Virus record (IMG/VR): IMGVR_UViG_3300032167_000057
Span: 68,886 to 131,424 of that record
DNA length: 62,539 nucleotides
Reading direction: 5' to 3' (one strand)
DNA from: a virus
Lineage: Duplodnaviria; Heunggongvirae; Uroviricota; Caudoviricetes
Shown: in pieces, positions 61,449 to 62,539 of the stretch
Numbering within the stretch: the first letter of the stretch is position 1
Layout: each line of letters opens with the position of its first letter
Position numbers and translations under genes: made by a program
Notes under the pieces: model-generated
The model's database searches: none
What the model was told of the DNA's origin: nothing
The model's input: only the letters and a program-made list of their open reading frames with translations

Positions 61449-62539
61449 ATGGAAAATAAACGTGGATTCATTATACGAAATGGCGTTAAAATCGGTGCGG
61501 TAGGCGATAAGAACTTTTCTACTTTGCACATTGGTTGTATCACACCGTATTTAGGTACAAAAGACAATGTTCCAAGAGGTTATTTACTCGCAGATGGTGC
61601 TAGTTATAAAACAACAGATTATCCTGAGTTATTTGATATTATCGGATATACCTATGGTGGTTCAGATGGCACATTCAATGTACCTAACCTTTGTGATGGA
61701 CGTTTCCTTGAAGGTTCTGATACAAGTGGTGAATATGTTGAAGCAGGATTGCCTAATATTACTGGTTACTTAGATATGGACGTAGGTGGTGCTCAAAACG
61801 TAGAAGGTGCTTTTTATAAAGGTACAACTTTTAATGCTCTTTATGGTGGAAACCCCACAACAGTTACTGATGTAGCATTTGACGCTTCCAAATCCAACCC
61901 TATTTACGGCAACGCTGATACAGTACAACCAAAATCATTGAGAGTTTTATATATCATCAAGGCTTTCCATACTAATGAGGGCGTGGATAGTGGTGTTAGT
62001 GATGATGTGGTTGATTATGTGGATAATAAGGTTGCCACAAAGAAAGATGCTGTAAAACTTCTTAACAATGCAACAGATTCAACAAAATGGCTTAAACTTA
62101 AATTAGGTAGTTCCGCAACGTGCCAACCTATTATAGTTTCAGACCAATATGGTGGAAAAGTTGAAATTACTGGTATGACTAATGATGGTACATATAAATC
62201 TGCGAAATTGGTTAGATATAGTTATGGTGATTGGACTACACACAGCGCAACAGATTATACTCTGTATAATGGAGTTGACCCTAATTATAAGATTCAGAAA
62301 TTTTATTATTATCCTACTGATGGTTATTACTATCTTGAAATTAGACAGTGGGCAACCATTAAAGTTGAGGGAAATAGCGCTGCGGAACTGGTTACAAGCT
62401 TACCTGCTGAAGAAAGTGAAATGACTTTAATACCTGAGAGTAATTGGGGCAGAATTGATGATACTTCAACAAAGACATCTTCAACTTGGAGCAGTAGCAA
62501 AATTGCTCAACAGATTAATAGTGCAACTACTATTAAGTA
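61449..62539 (+). CDS. tail fibre protein with tail-collar domain, partial (runs off window)
   Basis: Not in ORF track (no stop). IGCITPY..VPRGYLLADG..YPELFDIIGYTYGG..FNVPNL collar motif; GLPNITG. Confidence 0.85.
   Translation, partial: MENKRGFIIRNGVKIGAVGDKNFSTLHIGCITPYLGTKDNVPRGYLLADGASYKTTDYPELFDIIGYTYGGSDGTFNVPNLCDGRFLEGSDTSGEYVEAGLPNITGYLDMDVGGAQNVEGAFYKGTTFNALYGGNPTTVTDVAFDASKSNPIYGNADTVQPKSLRVLYIIKAFHTNEGVDSGVSDDVVDYVDNKVATKKDAVKLLNNATDSTKWLKLKLGSSATCQPIIVSDQYGGKVEITGMTNDGTYKSAKLVRYSYGDWTTHSATDYTLYNGVDPNYKIQKFYYYPTDGYYYLEIRQWATIKVEGNSAAELVTSLPAEESEMTLIPESNWGRIDDTSTKTSSTWSSSKIAQQINSATTIK

Noticed and set aside
58684-62539. Diversity-generating retroelement acting on the fibres
   Set aside because: No reverse transcriptase in the window, and the repeat mismatches (C/A, G/A, A/G) are too few and not a one-directional adenine pattern
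1-62539. CRISPR array, rRNA, holin/endolysin
   Set aside because: No regularly spaced repeats, rRNA-like sequence or recognisable lysis motifs in this window

Overview
AT-rich fragment of a large temperate-type tailed phage or prophage of a Firmicutes (Clostridia-like) host, with SPbeta-like gene order. Bases 1-5.8 kb hold minus-strand small hypothetical genes and a tRNA-Glu(CTC). A divergent non-coding region with an extreme C-rich tract follows. The rest is a plus-strand late region: YonO-like single-subunit RNA polymerase, HU-like protein, metallophosphoesterase, terminase, portal, protease/scaffold, capsid, neck, tail tube, tyrosine recombinase, RuvC-like resolvase, tape measure protein (TMP), baseplate and fibre genes. 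The ORF track hides the main story. Four essential genes are split by five predicted group I or group I-like introns: RNAP, major capsid, tail tube and TMP (twice). Four have clear catalytic-core motifs with covarying P7 helices. The second TMP intron has an atypical core and carries no nuclease. Instead it holds a complete antisense transcription unit (promoter, SD, double zinc-ribbon ORF, terminator). A second tyrosine recombinase sits beside an 11-bp inverted-repeat pair that would swap the C-terminal domain of a small fibre-like protein, a predicted two-state inversion switch. There are also two free-standing endonuclease genes and a recurrent 12-mer upstream of late genes. Splice sites and RNA structures were derived by hand, functional calls rest on motifs and synteny, and no database search was run.
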